Positions 26,973 through 36,445 of a DNA stretch of 64,000 bases are shown in pieces. The stretch comes from Thermoplasmata archaeon. GTDB taxonomy: Archaea > Thermoplasmatota > Thermoplasmata > Lutacidiplasmatales > UBA184. The notes below the pieces were generated by a model that was not told where the DNA came from, ran no database searches, and saw only the letters and a list, made by a program, of their open reading frames with translations. Each line of letters starts with the position of its first letter. The stretch's first letter is position 1. The position numbers and the translations under genes were made by a program. The stretch is from contig DASZAJ010000002.1 in the NCBI GenBank assembly GCA_035945215.1, positions 133,057-197,056 of the forward strand. The letters are read 5' to 3'.

Positions 26973-27572
26973 TCATTGACTGGGCCGTAGGCCGGCCCGT
27001 TCAGCTTCTTGCTGAAGGAATTCCAATCGATCCATGATTCGGGTCTGGACCCCGAATCGTCGGGCGATCCGATGAACGTCCTTCGTCAGGGCCCATGGGG
27101 CGCCCGCCCGCAAATCCCGTAGGATCTTCTGAACTTGGACCAGCCAGGCATCACTCTCGATGACCAAGCGCGTATACCAGACGACCCCGACCTTGGCGAC
27201 GCGGCCATCGGCGGTTCCCCTCGAGCCGAAGCGAGCCACGTAATCGAAGAAGGTGTCCCCTGGCCGTCGGCCGCTGAAGGCGCTCGGGTCTAGGACGTCG
27301 AAGCGGACCACCTCGTGGCCGACTACGAAGTGGCCGCCCGCCATTTCCGAGTCGTCTCGGGACATTGAAACGATGGAGGGGTCGTGGTCGAGTGCGTCCA
27401 CGCCCCGGGCGTATTCCCGCGTCATGAGCAGGACGTCGACATCGCGGGACTCCGATGGATACACCTCAGCGACGGCCGCCCCGCCCACGATCACGTAGTG
27501 GATCCCGTGCTTGTTCAGAATCGTTGCGAACTTGCGGACGTGGTTTCGGTTCAAAGTCGGCCGCCCACCCAA
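26973..27572 (-). CDS. Nucleotidyltransferase-fold protein (putative TA component)
   Basis: YVIVGGAAV...SRDVDVL...RFDVL. Confidence 0.7.
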   Translation of the reverse strand: MGGRPTLNRNHVRKFATILNKHGIHYVIVGGAAVAEVYPSESRDVDVLLMTREYARGVDALDHDPSIVSMSRDDSEMAGGHFVVGHEVVRFDVLDPSAFSGRRPGDTFFDYVARFGSRGTADGRVAKVGVVWYTRLVIESDAWLVQVQKILRDLRAGAPWALTKDVHRIARRFGVQTRIMDRLEFLQQEAERAGLRPSQ

Positions 27573-28114
27573 ACGTTCCGGTCCTGGCGAACCAGAGCCT
27601 CTTCACTAAGGGGAATCCCCGATCTGGGGAGCTCCGGAAGGAGCGCCTGCAAACCGACTCTCATTGCGACCTCCTCGACGTTCTCTTGAAAGATGCGCTT
27701 GAGGAATCGGGGCCTATCGAGAAAGTCTTGATGACGTAGCGCGAAGGCGCGGGCCAACAGCGGATCGTTCTTCAGCAGGACGATCACGAGATCTTCCAAC
27801 CGAGGGGACCGCGCTGCCTCGGCGGATTCCAAGCTGGTCAGCGGAATATCGGTGTCGATCAGCGTGGCCAACTCCCGCCAGGCTACGAGAATCTCGTCCG
27901 TCGCGCGCGGGAACCCCCATGCTGCCGTCACCTCGGGCGAAATGAGGTGAATCGGGAGGCCAGCCTTGCGAGCCATCATTACGTCCGATTCTCGCTCGAT
28001 TCGTACTCGATATGTGCCGCGCGGGCGATGCGATAACCGCGGGTCCGGTACGAAGAGTCCCGGATGTGCGAAGCGGTCCCTCGAGTCGTGAGTGAGAGTG
28101 AAGGTGACGTGCAT
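27551..28114 (-). CDS. Hypothetical partner of the NTase (putative antitoxin)
   Basis: Overlaps the NTase gene by 22 bp; coding-like composition; preceded by a palindromic TATA-like site. Confidence 0.6.
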   Translation of the reverse strand: MHVTFTLTHDSRDRFAHPGLFVPDPRLSHRPRGTYRVRIERESDVMMARKAGLPIHLISPEVTAAWGFPRATDEILVAWRELATLIDTDIPLTSLESAEAARSPRLEDLVIVLLKNDPLLARAFALRHQDFLDRPRFLKRIFQENVEEVAMRVGLQALLPELPRSGIPLSEEALVRQDRNVWVGGRL

Positions 28115-28133
28115 TACCTTCGATTCATTGCCT

Positions 28134-28149
28134 TAAGTATATATACTTA
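28134..28149 (-). promoter_or_regulatory. 16-bp perfect palindrome/TATA box
   Basis: taagtatatatactta, 20-35 bp upstream of the ATG at 28114. Confidence 0.65.
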
Positions 28150-28283
28150 CCATCTAAGAATGTTCCGCTTTACCAGCTCGAGAACCGGCCCGGAGTCGAC
28201 CCCTATGCGGCTGGGTGCGACGGGGACCCGCGTAGGTCCAGGAGCCATAGCCCCTATCGAACGGGAGCGGGTTCCGGGAATGC

Positions 28284-28766
28284 CTAGCGGAGGGGGGGTG
28301 GCGGCAACTTGTTCGCAAAGCTGGGACCCTTCGGCGCCGGTCGCGCAACTAGAACCGTACGAGTCATGAACCCGCCCAGTCCGCCCATCGCCAATCCCAC
28401 GGCAGCGGCCAGGATACACAGCGGGTAACCTGTTGCGAACTGAACCCCTATCGCGATCACGAGGATCCCGAAGTCCGGCACGATGAACCGAAGGAGGCCC
28501 TTCAACACCGCCTGGGTGTGGACCACATCCGATGGCTTGATGATGATCTCACGAGGCGCGAGCCACCATCCGATCGGGAAGCCGGCGACAACAGTGACCC
28601 CCGCTGGACTTCGCGCAATGTAGCATACCGCGCCCACGACAACGAAGGAAGCAATGGCGAGCTCTCCCGCGGCGATCTTCCGACCCAGCGGCGTCGAGAT
28701 GGTCACCCTGGCCCGGTCCGTCGGTCTGGTGGCGGTCGGCTTGGATGTACGTCCGCGCTCGGTCAC
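28284..28766 (-). CDS. Membrane protein (about 4 TM), hypothetical
   Basis: Four hydrophobic segments. Confidence 0.55.
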   Translation of the reverse strand: MTERGRTSKPTATRPTDRARVTISTPLGRKIAAGELAIASFVVVGAVCYIARSPAGVTVVAGFPIGWWLAPREIIIKPSDVVHTQAVLKGLLRFIVPDFGILVIAIGVQFATGYPLCILAAAVGLAMGGLGGFMTRTVLVARPAPKGPSFANKLPPPPLR

Positions 28767-28945
28767 GGTGCCCGAAGATGCCCGGCTTGATCTTGGGTAA
28801 CGTTCCAGACGGTCTTGAAAGCTCTCCAGATAGTGTAGGAGGACCGCCGACGCTAGCTCAGATGCCTTGCCCCGGAGGACGACCGGTCAAGATCACGCGT
28901 CGAGCCCCGAGGTCGGATCGGAACGAATCCGGAAGCGACCACTTT

Positions 28946-29344
28946 CTACGGCGCGACCGCGCTTCGGATCAGCCGATCGATCACCGCAGCATAGTAGGAA
29001 ATCTCCTCAAACGGCTCTCGCAAGGCGGCCGGATCGCTCACGAATCCGTGGTAGAAATTTGCGTGCATCCGCTCGGCGGCGTTGACCGCGCGCAACAGGC
29101 GATCGTCGCCCCGAGTCGTTCCTACTTCCCTGGCATAGGAGACCGTCTCCTTGTGCCGAGAAAGAATCCTACCGGTGCTGACCAGAGATAGGGCGTGGGT
29201 GTAGTCCGTGAACAGCCCCCAGAGCGTTTCCGACGCTTTGTCGAGTGCCCCCTCGGCAAGCATTCGGTCGAAGTTTCTGCGGTTTCGCACGGCCCGTGCG
29301 ATGTAATCCGATGCCCTCTCCAGCAGCTCGCGATCCGCGGCCAA
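28946..29344 (-). CDS. PaREP1-family (HEPN-fold) protein
   Basis: G.LDKASE.LWG, LSRH, AERMHANFYH. Confidence 0.8.
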   Translation of the reverse strand: MAADRELLERASDYIARAVRNRRNFDRMLAEGALDKASETLWGLFTDYTHALSLVSTGRILSRHKETVSYAREVGTTRGDDRLLRAVNAAERMHANFYHGFVSDPAALREPFEEISYYAAVIDRLIRSAVAP

Positions 29345-29347
29345 GAC

Positions 29348-29557
29348 TCACCGGTTCTTGCGCCACTCTTTGATCGCTCCCGAATCGTCGCTGATGACCG
29401 CCTTAAAATTAGAGGAGCCGGATCGGACCGTGACCCACCAATCTCCATTCCGTCTCTTTTCGACGTCGGTCACGATCGTGGCAATGTCTGGGAGGCCCGC
29501 CCGATGCGCCTGTTCCATGGCCTTCTCGGTCACGGCTCCAACGTCGAGAGGCGCCAT
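29348..29557 (-). CDS. Small protein upstream of PaREP1 (putative partner)
   Basis: 69 aa, 3-bp gap to PaREP1; helix plus beta-meander (W.V.V...ISDDSG.I), PepSY-like. Confidence 0.55.
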   Translation of the reverse strand: MAPLDVGAVTEKAMEQAHRAGLPDIATIVTDVEKRRNGDWWVTVRSGSSNFKAVISDDSGAIKEWRKNR

Positions 29558-29846
29558 GTCGATGCATCAGGCGGCCTTGCTTAAGACGCTCACCTCTGCG
29601 CTGGAAGGTGCACCGCGGTAGGATCGCTCCCCATCGGGGAACTATGAATAGGTCCAACAGGATTTGAACACCTAGTTCGCTGACGAGGTCCTACGGGGAC
29701 CCGGCCAAATTGCGTTGTCGGCCAACGACTCCGAAAGGGAGAGGCGGATCGAAGTACAGTCGACACGACTTCGGATGCCCGCTCGAGGGAGAGCGCAAGG
29801 CTATCATCCGTTGGGCCTATCGTCCCTACCCGCCGCCGAGAGACTC

Positions 29847-30869
29847 ATGAGGACCCGGTTCACAGACGTGATTGGGTGCACCGTTCCGGTCCAGCTCGCC
29901 GGAATGGGATCCTTGGGACGTCCTGCGCTCGCCGCAGCCGTCGCCTCGGCCGGAGGACTCGGTATGCTGGGCTGGAACGGGGCCCCGCCCGAACACCTCG
30001 TCTGGATGCTGGAAGAAACGAGACGAAGAACCCAGGGCGTTTTCGGGGTCAACTACATCGTGGATGGTTGGCGTGAGACGGCATCCGGCGCGATCGAACC
30101 CGAGTGCGTCGAGGCCGTGAAGGTCGCGGCCTCGCGCGCTCGGGTGGTCGAATTCTTCTACGGTCCCCCGGATCCGGCCTTGGTCGATATCGCCCACAAG
30201 GGCGGCGCGCTGGCTTCCTGGCAAGTCGGAACGTTAGAGGAAGCTCGGCAGGCGGAGTCGGCCGGATGCGACGTGGTGGTCGCCCAAGGGGTCGAAGCAG
30301 GTGGTCACGTCCGGGGGAAGACGGAGCTCTTCACGCTCCTTCCCAAAGTCATTGGAGCGGTCACGGTCCCTGTGGTCGCGGCCGGAGGGATAGGGACCGG
30401 GGAGATCATGGGCCGGGCGCTCTCCGCCGGTGCCGAGGCGGTCCGGATCGGGACTCGGTTCGTGGCGGCGACGGAGTCGGAGGCGCACCCGGACTATGTC
30501 CGACGCCTCGTGGACGCCTCGGGCCGCGACACGGTAGTGACGGAAACGTTCTCGAGGAACTGGCCCCACGCGCCCCATCGGGTTCTGGCGAGCTGCATCG
30601 GGGAGTACGAACGGACGACCGAGGACGTGATCGGGGATTCCGAGTGACCGTGGGCTCCCGGGGTCCGCGTGCCGGTCCACCGAGGGGATTCCGTGGTTCC
30701 GCTCGAGGTAATGCGGGGCCGGATCGAGGCGATGCCCCATTGGGCGGGCACGTCGGTCGACGCCGTGCACGAGCCACGCCCTGCCGCCGACATCATCGCG
30801 GAGCTGGTCCGCGACGCTGAAAGCCATCTTCTCGGTTCTTTGCGACCGCCCTCGGGGGCCACCCCATGA
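29847..30869 (+). pseudogene. Nitronate monooxygenase family flavoprotein interrupted by an in-frame TGA at 30645-30647
   Basis: PVQLAGMG, AGGLGML, QGVEAGGH, AAGGI, IGTRFVA..ES. The same frame resumes after the TGA with the family C-terminus (WAG.SV..V....PAADIIAEL). Confidence 0.75.
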
Positions 30870-31113
30870 TACCCATCCCGCTCGGCATTGTGAACCACCG
30901 GCTGGAAGGGTCGGACGTCTGATCCGACTTCAGAATGGTCCCCTGAAGCGAGGCGGGACCGGTGCTTTGGATCCGCCCATCGGGGGCGGTCGCCCACTGA
31001 CCCCTCTGGAGTGCCTTGCCCGTTTCGCTGACCTACATCGCGTGGAATCTGTCGACCCGCCGATATGAAAGAGGGGCGAAGACGGGATTATTGAGCGGGA
31101 GTTGCGCGGGACG

Positions 31114-31569
31114 ATGACAGTAGCGAAGACCGCCGAATCCCCCCACGGTCAACCCACGATCACGACGTTTCTGATGTTCTCTGGGACACAATACGGTAAG
31201 GCTGAGGAGGCGATCCGGTTCTACGTTTCTCTATTTCCGAACTCTCGGTTGGAGTCTCTCGTACGCCACGGCCCCGGGGAGCAGGTCCCGGAAGGGGAAC
31301 TTCAGAGGGCGGCGTTCACCCTCTCCGGGCAGCGGTTCATGGCGACCGAGAGCCAGGGGGGTGATCAGTTCGCGTTCACACCCGCCTTCTCGCTGTACGT
31401 GAAGTGCCACTCCGCCCAAGAGCTGCGCGCTCTCTATTCCGGCCTTTCGAAGGGCGGGAAGGTCCACATGCCGCTAGGCTCCCACCCATCCAGCCGGCTG
31501 TTCGTCTGGTTCGACGATCGTTACGGCGTTTCCTGGCAACTGGAACTCCCGAGATCGCCGGGAAAGTAG
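31114..31569 (+). CDS. VOC family protein (PhnB/3-demethylubiquinone-9 3-methyltransferase-like)
   Basis: ITTFLMF...AEEAIRFY, FTPAFSL, GGKVHMPL, DRYGVSWQL. Confidence 0.88.
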   Translation: MTVAKTAESPHGQPTITTFLMFSGTQYGKAEEAIRFYVSLFPNSRLESLVRHGPGEQVPEGELQRAAFTLSGQRFMATESQGGDQFAFTPAFSLYVKCHSAQELRALYSGLSKGGKVHMPLGSHPSSRLFVWFDDRYGVSWQLELPRSPGK

Positions 31570-31817
31570 GTTTCACTGTCGGACAAGCTGGCGGGCTCCT
31601 TGTGTCAATCCCCCTCCAGTGAACTCGTCCCCTCCGAACCGGGCCCGAACGGGCGCGACCGAGAGGGACGAGCTCCGGCATTCTTGCCCAGCTCGGCCGG
31701 GAAGAAGGACGGGCCGCGGTCCCATGTCTCCGACGGGAGCCTTGAAGACGACGGACACTGGGGAGACCGCGTGGGCGCGGCGCAACCGACAAACGTCCGG
31801 CGAGCGTATGGATTCCG

Positions 31818-32129
31818 GTGTCGATTCGAACCCGTCTCGAGAAGGAGCTCCGAGGCCTCCCTTCCTTGTCCCATCGGGCGTCTCGGTTCGGGGACTCGAA
31901 GTCCTACTTTGTGGCCGACCGTGAGGTCGCGCATTTCCACGGCGACCAGAGGATGGACGTCCGGTTGACGAAGGAACGGATTCGGCTGCTCAAGGAGGAG
32001 GGATCGCTCGACGTTCGCGTCCGGACGAGAGGACGCTACGCGGAATGGGCCTCCCTCCCACTCCTTGACGAGCGGGACCTCGCCCTTGCGGTGGAGATGG
32101 TCCTCGAGGCGATCCGCGCCAATTCGTGA
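31818..32129 (+). CDS. Small DUF5519/YjbR-like protein
   Basis: SRFG...V..REVAHFHG....DVRLT. Confidence 0.65.
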   Translation: MSIRTRLEKELRGLPSLSHRASRFGDSKSYFVADREVAHFHGDQRMDVRLTKERIRLLKEEGSLDVRVRTRGRYAEWASLPLLDERDLALAVEMVLEAIRANS

Positions 32130-32321
32130 GGCGCGGGAGGCGCCCGTCGTACGAAGGGCAGCCTAAGTATCCTCGAGAGGTGCGATCGACGAGGAGCCCG
32201 GATCCACCGAGGTGACCCCACGTTAGCCGCCCAAGGTACCGCCCGCCGGGACGGCGCACCTCGCCGGGTGGGAGTTTTCCGGCCGGACCGGCGGGGTAGG
32301 ACGCGTTGGGCGGGAGCGCCG

Positions 32322-33716
32322 ATGCGGGCCTTGGCCCTCGGCGCGATCGCCGTCCTCCTAGCCCTGCCCGGATTGGCCACGTCGGGGAACCTCGCGGCGA
32401 CGGGCGAGATTCCCACCCCATCCCGTGGGCTGCCCGTCAACGTCCCGTCTTCCGGAGCTCGGCCCAGCGAAGCTTCCACCGCTCCTCGGAACTACTCCGT
32501 CACGTTCGGAGAGACCGGGTTGCCCACCGGCGTCAGTTGGTCCATCGGGCTTCAACTATCGAACACGTCCGGCACCGGATCCGGGGTCCAGGCGCCCACC
32601 AACATCTCTTTCTCCCTCCCCAATGGAACCGGCCTCGAATTTCAGGCCTGGGCGAACGGCTACACCCCGATGCCCTGGTCCGGCAAATTCAATGTCTCGG
32701 GTAGCCCGCTCCATTTTTCGATCGCCTTCCGTAAGACGCGCTATTTCCCGGTCTGGATCAACGAATCCGGGCTTCCGACGGGGACCAATTGGTCGGCGTC
32801 GTTGTTCGGGAGTGGAGAATGGTTCCAGTACTTCCTCATCAACTCGTCCCTGACGGATTCGATCCTTTTCGTCGTTCCCGCCGGCTTCAACGGTTCCTAC
32901 ACGGCGAGCCCGCCGAAACCATACCTTTGGGTTTCGGGGAGCCTGACGACCCCGGTGTCGGGCCAGCCGGTCGCGATCTCCGTCAGACTTGGGGTCGCGC
33001 CGATCCTGTACCCCGTGATCTTCCGAGAGACGGGCCTGGCCGGCGGAACCGGCTGGGCCGTGGTCCTCGACGGGATCACGAACGATTCGAACACTGGCGA
33101 GATTGGATTCCTCGAACCCAACGGTACCGGCAACCAATTCCTGGTCGAGGGAGTACGCGGCTTCGTCGCGACGCCGGCCCGTGGTAGCCTTGCGGTCGCC
33201 GGCGCGCCGGTCTCGACCTTGGTCGCGTTCGCGCCGGTGGGAGAAACCCTCGAGGTCCGCGGCTGGGCCAATGTGACCTCCTCCGGGGGAGGAGACAGCT
33301 ATTGCCTGGACGGGACGGGAGAGGTCCGGACCCACCCCGCTTGGGAGAACGTCAGCTTCGCCGCCGTGGCATGGAACGGCTCTCCGCCCTACTTCTTCAC
33401 GTGGAACCCTGGTGACGGAGCGCCGGACCTATCGGGACCTCAAGGCTCGCACACGTACTCGGAGTTCGGGAGCTGGAACGCCAATGTATCGGCCTTCGAC
33501 GGCTACGGCTCAACGGGTTCGGCCGAATTGGTGGTCAAGAACGCGCCACCCCCCGGGCCGGTTCCGACATGCCAGAAGGGCCTCTCTAACCACCCAACTT
33601 TCCTCGGGCTCCCCACGTTGGAGGGCTACACCCTGGCCGCGGGGATGGCCATAGCCGCCGCCGGGGCCGCGGTCTTGACTTTGCGGAAGCGGGCCGCCCG
33701 GCCCCCCCTGCAGTAA
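32322..33716 (+). CDS. Surface protein, thermopsin-type repeats plus PKD, C-terminal TM
   Basis: Three ETGL/ESGL..G..W repeats, WNPGDG...HTY, terminal TM plus RKR. Confidence 0.82.
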   Translation: MRALALGAIAVLLALPGLATSGNLAATGEIPTPSRGLPVNVPSSGARPSEASTAPRNYSVTFGETGLPTGVSWSIGLQLSNTSGTGSGVQAPTNISFSLPNGTGLEFQAWANGYTPMPWSGKFNVSGSPLHFSIAFRKTRYFPVWINESGLPTGTNWSASLFGSGEWFQYFLINSSLTDSILFVVPAGFNGSYTASPPKPYLWVSGSLTTPVSGQPVAISVRLGVAPILYPVIFRETGLAGGTGWAVVLDGITNDSNTGEIGFLEPNGTGNQFLVEGVRGFVATPARGSLAVAGAPVSTLVAFAPVGETLEVRGWANVTSSGGGDSYCLDGTGEVRTHPAWENVSFAAVAWNGSPPYFFTWNPGDGAPDLSGPQGSHTYSEFGSWNANVSAFDGYGSTGSAELVVKNAPPPGPVPTCQKGLSNHPTFLGLPTLEGYTLAAGMAIAAAGAAVLTLRKRAARPPLQ

Positions 33717-34217
33717 TGGGCGACTCGTGACCCGTCGTGTACCGCCTCAAAGGGCGCCGATGGACCCCGCTTCGGATGGCACTCGCCGAACGAGAAGGTC
33801 CAACGATGACTTTGATGGGGATTCCCTTCGCGCCAAGCTTCGCCCCTCGAATCAGTTCTTGACGGGCCGATGGCCAGCTTGCACAACGGGCCCTCCGAGA
33901 GGATCTCCGGGCTCGACCAGAGAAAATGTGGTAGAACCGAGGGCCTGAGAAACTCCCGCGACTCGCCGCGCAATGCGACGAAAGTAGAACGGGCATGGAA
34001 GACACGTTGACCAGCGCAAACTCATGGTCCAGGCCATCGGTTCGATCGACGCGCTTGGACGGTGTGGGCCGAAGGAGTTCAGCGTCGACGGGGAAGGCCA
34101 CCGCCGGTCAGGCTCTCCGAGGGCTGGGATTCGTCGTCCCGCGAATTTCGAAGGGCCCCTTCGTTACGGGGCTGGAATCGAATCCTATTTGTCCACCCTT
34201 GGCTTTCACTCGATCCT

Positions 34218-35258
34218 ATGGCAGGCGACGCAGCCCCACCTACCCCGGCACCCACGTCCACGCCAACCCCACCCACTCCGAGCTCTCCCCGCCCGAAGTC
34301 CCGTGCGATGCTCGTCGGCGTCGTGATCGTGATCGTTGTGATCGTAGTGGTGGCGGGGCTGTACATCGGCTATCCTTCCCTCTTCGGGAAGAAGAGCGCG
34401 TCCTCCCCCGAAGCGGGGGGTTTCGCCGGCGGCCAAGTGGTCCACTTCACGTATACCGGTCAATCCGAGTGCAAGCCGGACCTCTCGACGCTCGTTGCCA
34501 GCGCGCCGGCCTCCGCGTCGACGTACACCCAATGCGGGGTCATCGCCGCGAATGTCAATAGTGTCGAGTCCACCCAGCTTCCCGAGTGGGTTCTCGTGCC
34601 CGCGTTCGCGGGACTTTCGATCTTCGGCGTCACGGCCCTGGGCGGAAGCTCGGCGGGGTTCCCGCAGTTCCAGGGCGCGGCGATCGCCACCGATTGCGGC
34701 GCTGGCGGGAGCCCGACGGGTTGCGCCGACCACCCGAAGTACATCTACTCCCCTCTGTTCGCGGCGGTCGAGACGTATCTGAACCTCACCAACGGGTACA
34801 ATGGCTTGCCCCTCGGAGTACTCCCCACCCCCGCCCACGACCATCTCATCAACACCACGTCGACCTGGCCGAACATCCCGTGGGGGACGATCGTCGTTCT
34901 CGTGCTCGACCCGGACATCTGGCCGGACCGAGCCACCGCGCAATGCACCGCTTCCGTGGCGTCCAATCTCTCGAGCCCGACCGCGAACTGCCTGACCAGC
35001 CTGACCGCGCTGGATCGGGCGCTCTCTACCTCGAGCCATTCCGTGGTTACCGCCGGCGCAAGCTCGGACAACAAGATCTGGAAGGCCCTCGGGGGACCCT
35101 CCGCCCAGGTCATCGTACCGGGCGACATGACCATCCCCCAGGTCAACAACAATCTCAATTCGAACCTCTACATCTGGTTCCCGGTCGCCCCCGGAGCGCC
35201 CGATGTGGGATTCCCGAGTCTCACGGCGACTTCCGCCAGTTCGGGGTACGGGGGTTAA
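34218..35258 (+). CDS. Membrane-anchored extracellular Cys/His-containing protein
   Basis: N-terminal TM, six Cys, CADHP and PAHDHLI motifs. Confidence 0.7.
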   Translation: MAGDAAPPTPAPTSTPTPPTPSSPRPKSRAMLVGVVIVIVVIVVVAGLYIGYPSLFGKKSASSPEAGGFAGGQVVHFTYTGQSECKPDLSTLVASAPASASTYTQCGVIAANVNSVESTQLPEWVLVPAFAGLSIFGVTALGGSSAGFPQFQGAAIATDCGAGGSPTGCADHPKYIYSPLFAAVETYLNLTNGYNGLPLGVLPTPAHDHLINTTSTWPNIPWGTIVVLVLDPDIWPDRATAQCTASVASNLSSPTANCLTSLTALDRALSTSSHSVVTAGASSDNKIWKALGGPSAQVIVPGDMTIPQVNNNLNSNLYIWFPVAPGAPDVGFPSLTATSASSGYGG

Positions 35259-35704
35259 CGGGGTTACCGGCCGATCCGACCCCCGATCGGCTCTGGGTCT
35301 GGGAGGGTCAACCCCCTCCTGCGGGGGCCCTTGCCGGGCGTGGATCGGTACTCCTATCCGAGGTCGCAACTCCACGAAGCTTGCGTAACCTGACGGATAG
35401 TCTCGTCCCGAACGCCCTTGAAGATCGGTCGTTCCCCCCCTCTTCCCGAGCGGCGGGGAGGGCGGGCAGCGGCGAGGTGAACTCCCGAGTCGAGGAAATC
35501 GATCCGGGTCGGGCCCTTCGGTGGATGCGGCTCGGGCGGCCAGGGCCCGACCGACGGTCGCGGCCTCGAAGGCGGCGTGGCCTTCGTCCGTGCCCAGCGC
35601 GCGCCCCCCCACGACGAGGCGAAATTTCGAGCCGCCCCGTCGCCGGACGAGCCGGAGCGACGAAACACTTTTAGTCCCGGGTGAGGCTGGAGCACGCTGA
35701 GCAT

Positions 35705-36073
35705 TTGATCACCTTCATCGACCTTACATTCTCGCCGGCCGGCCTCCCCGCGAGTGCGGTGGTCGCGAAACTCCAGACTCTCCCCGGCGTATCCTCCGTC
35801 GTTGGGGAACACGACCTCATGTTCACCTGGGATACTCCCTCGGAATTCGACGAGCAGATCCGGAAGATCCATTCGGTCCTGGCCGGGACCGGTGCGACGT
35901 ACCGGGTCTTCACGGTCGCCGATAGTTACCAGGCCCGGGATTTCTCCGCCTGGATCCCCTCCGATCCCCCCCGACCGACCTCCCACCCGGCCTACCGCGA
36001 CGACGTGAACCCGTCGGAGGATCCCCCCTCGGACGAAGGGAACCGGCGGCCCCGACGCAATCGATCGGCCTAG
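35705..36073 (+). CDS. Small ferredoxin-like (Lrp/AsnC ligand-binding-like) protein
   Basis: Beta-alpha-beta pattern (KLQTLPGV..V.GEHDL); no HTH. Confidence 0.55.
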   Translation: MITFIDLTFSPAGLPASAVVAKLQTLPGVSSVVGEHDLMFTWDTPSEFDEQIRKIHSVLAGTGATYRVFTVADSYQARDFSAWIPSDPPRPTSHPAYRDDVNPSEDPPSDEGNRRPRRNRSA

Positions 36074-36445
36074 CCCGCGGGGCCCATCGGATTCCCAATC
36101 CTAGCCGAGACGCGGCGTCTGCGGCCTCTAGGGACCGGGCGGGCGTTCCAAGCGATTCTGCCGACCTTGTGTCCGCGCTGACCCAGTCAGCTCGGCGATA
36201 CTGAAAGTTCGAACCGGAGCCGCCGGGGCCCGACCCCAATCGCAACTCTCGCCGAGGGGAACCCGCCGGGAACGCCGTCCATTCAATCCGTCGGTCGACC
36301 TTGGCGCGGTCCACCGCCCCGCTTCGTTTCAGATCGGCCGGCATGATCAGCCCCCGGAGGCTCTCCATCCGCCATGGCCCCTATGTCGCACTCCCAAGGA
36401 TGCGTTCCGATAGGTTCTTGTGCGAGGACCGAGACACCCCCTCTC

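Noticed and set aside
30645..30647. Selenocysteine codon
   Set aside because: The position is in a variable region rather than a known catalytic Cys, and no SECIS evidence is visible.
33720..34200. Short ORFs in the spacer between surface-protein genes
   Set aside because: No recognisable motif in any listed frame; treated as intergenic or degraded DNA.
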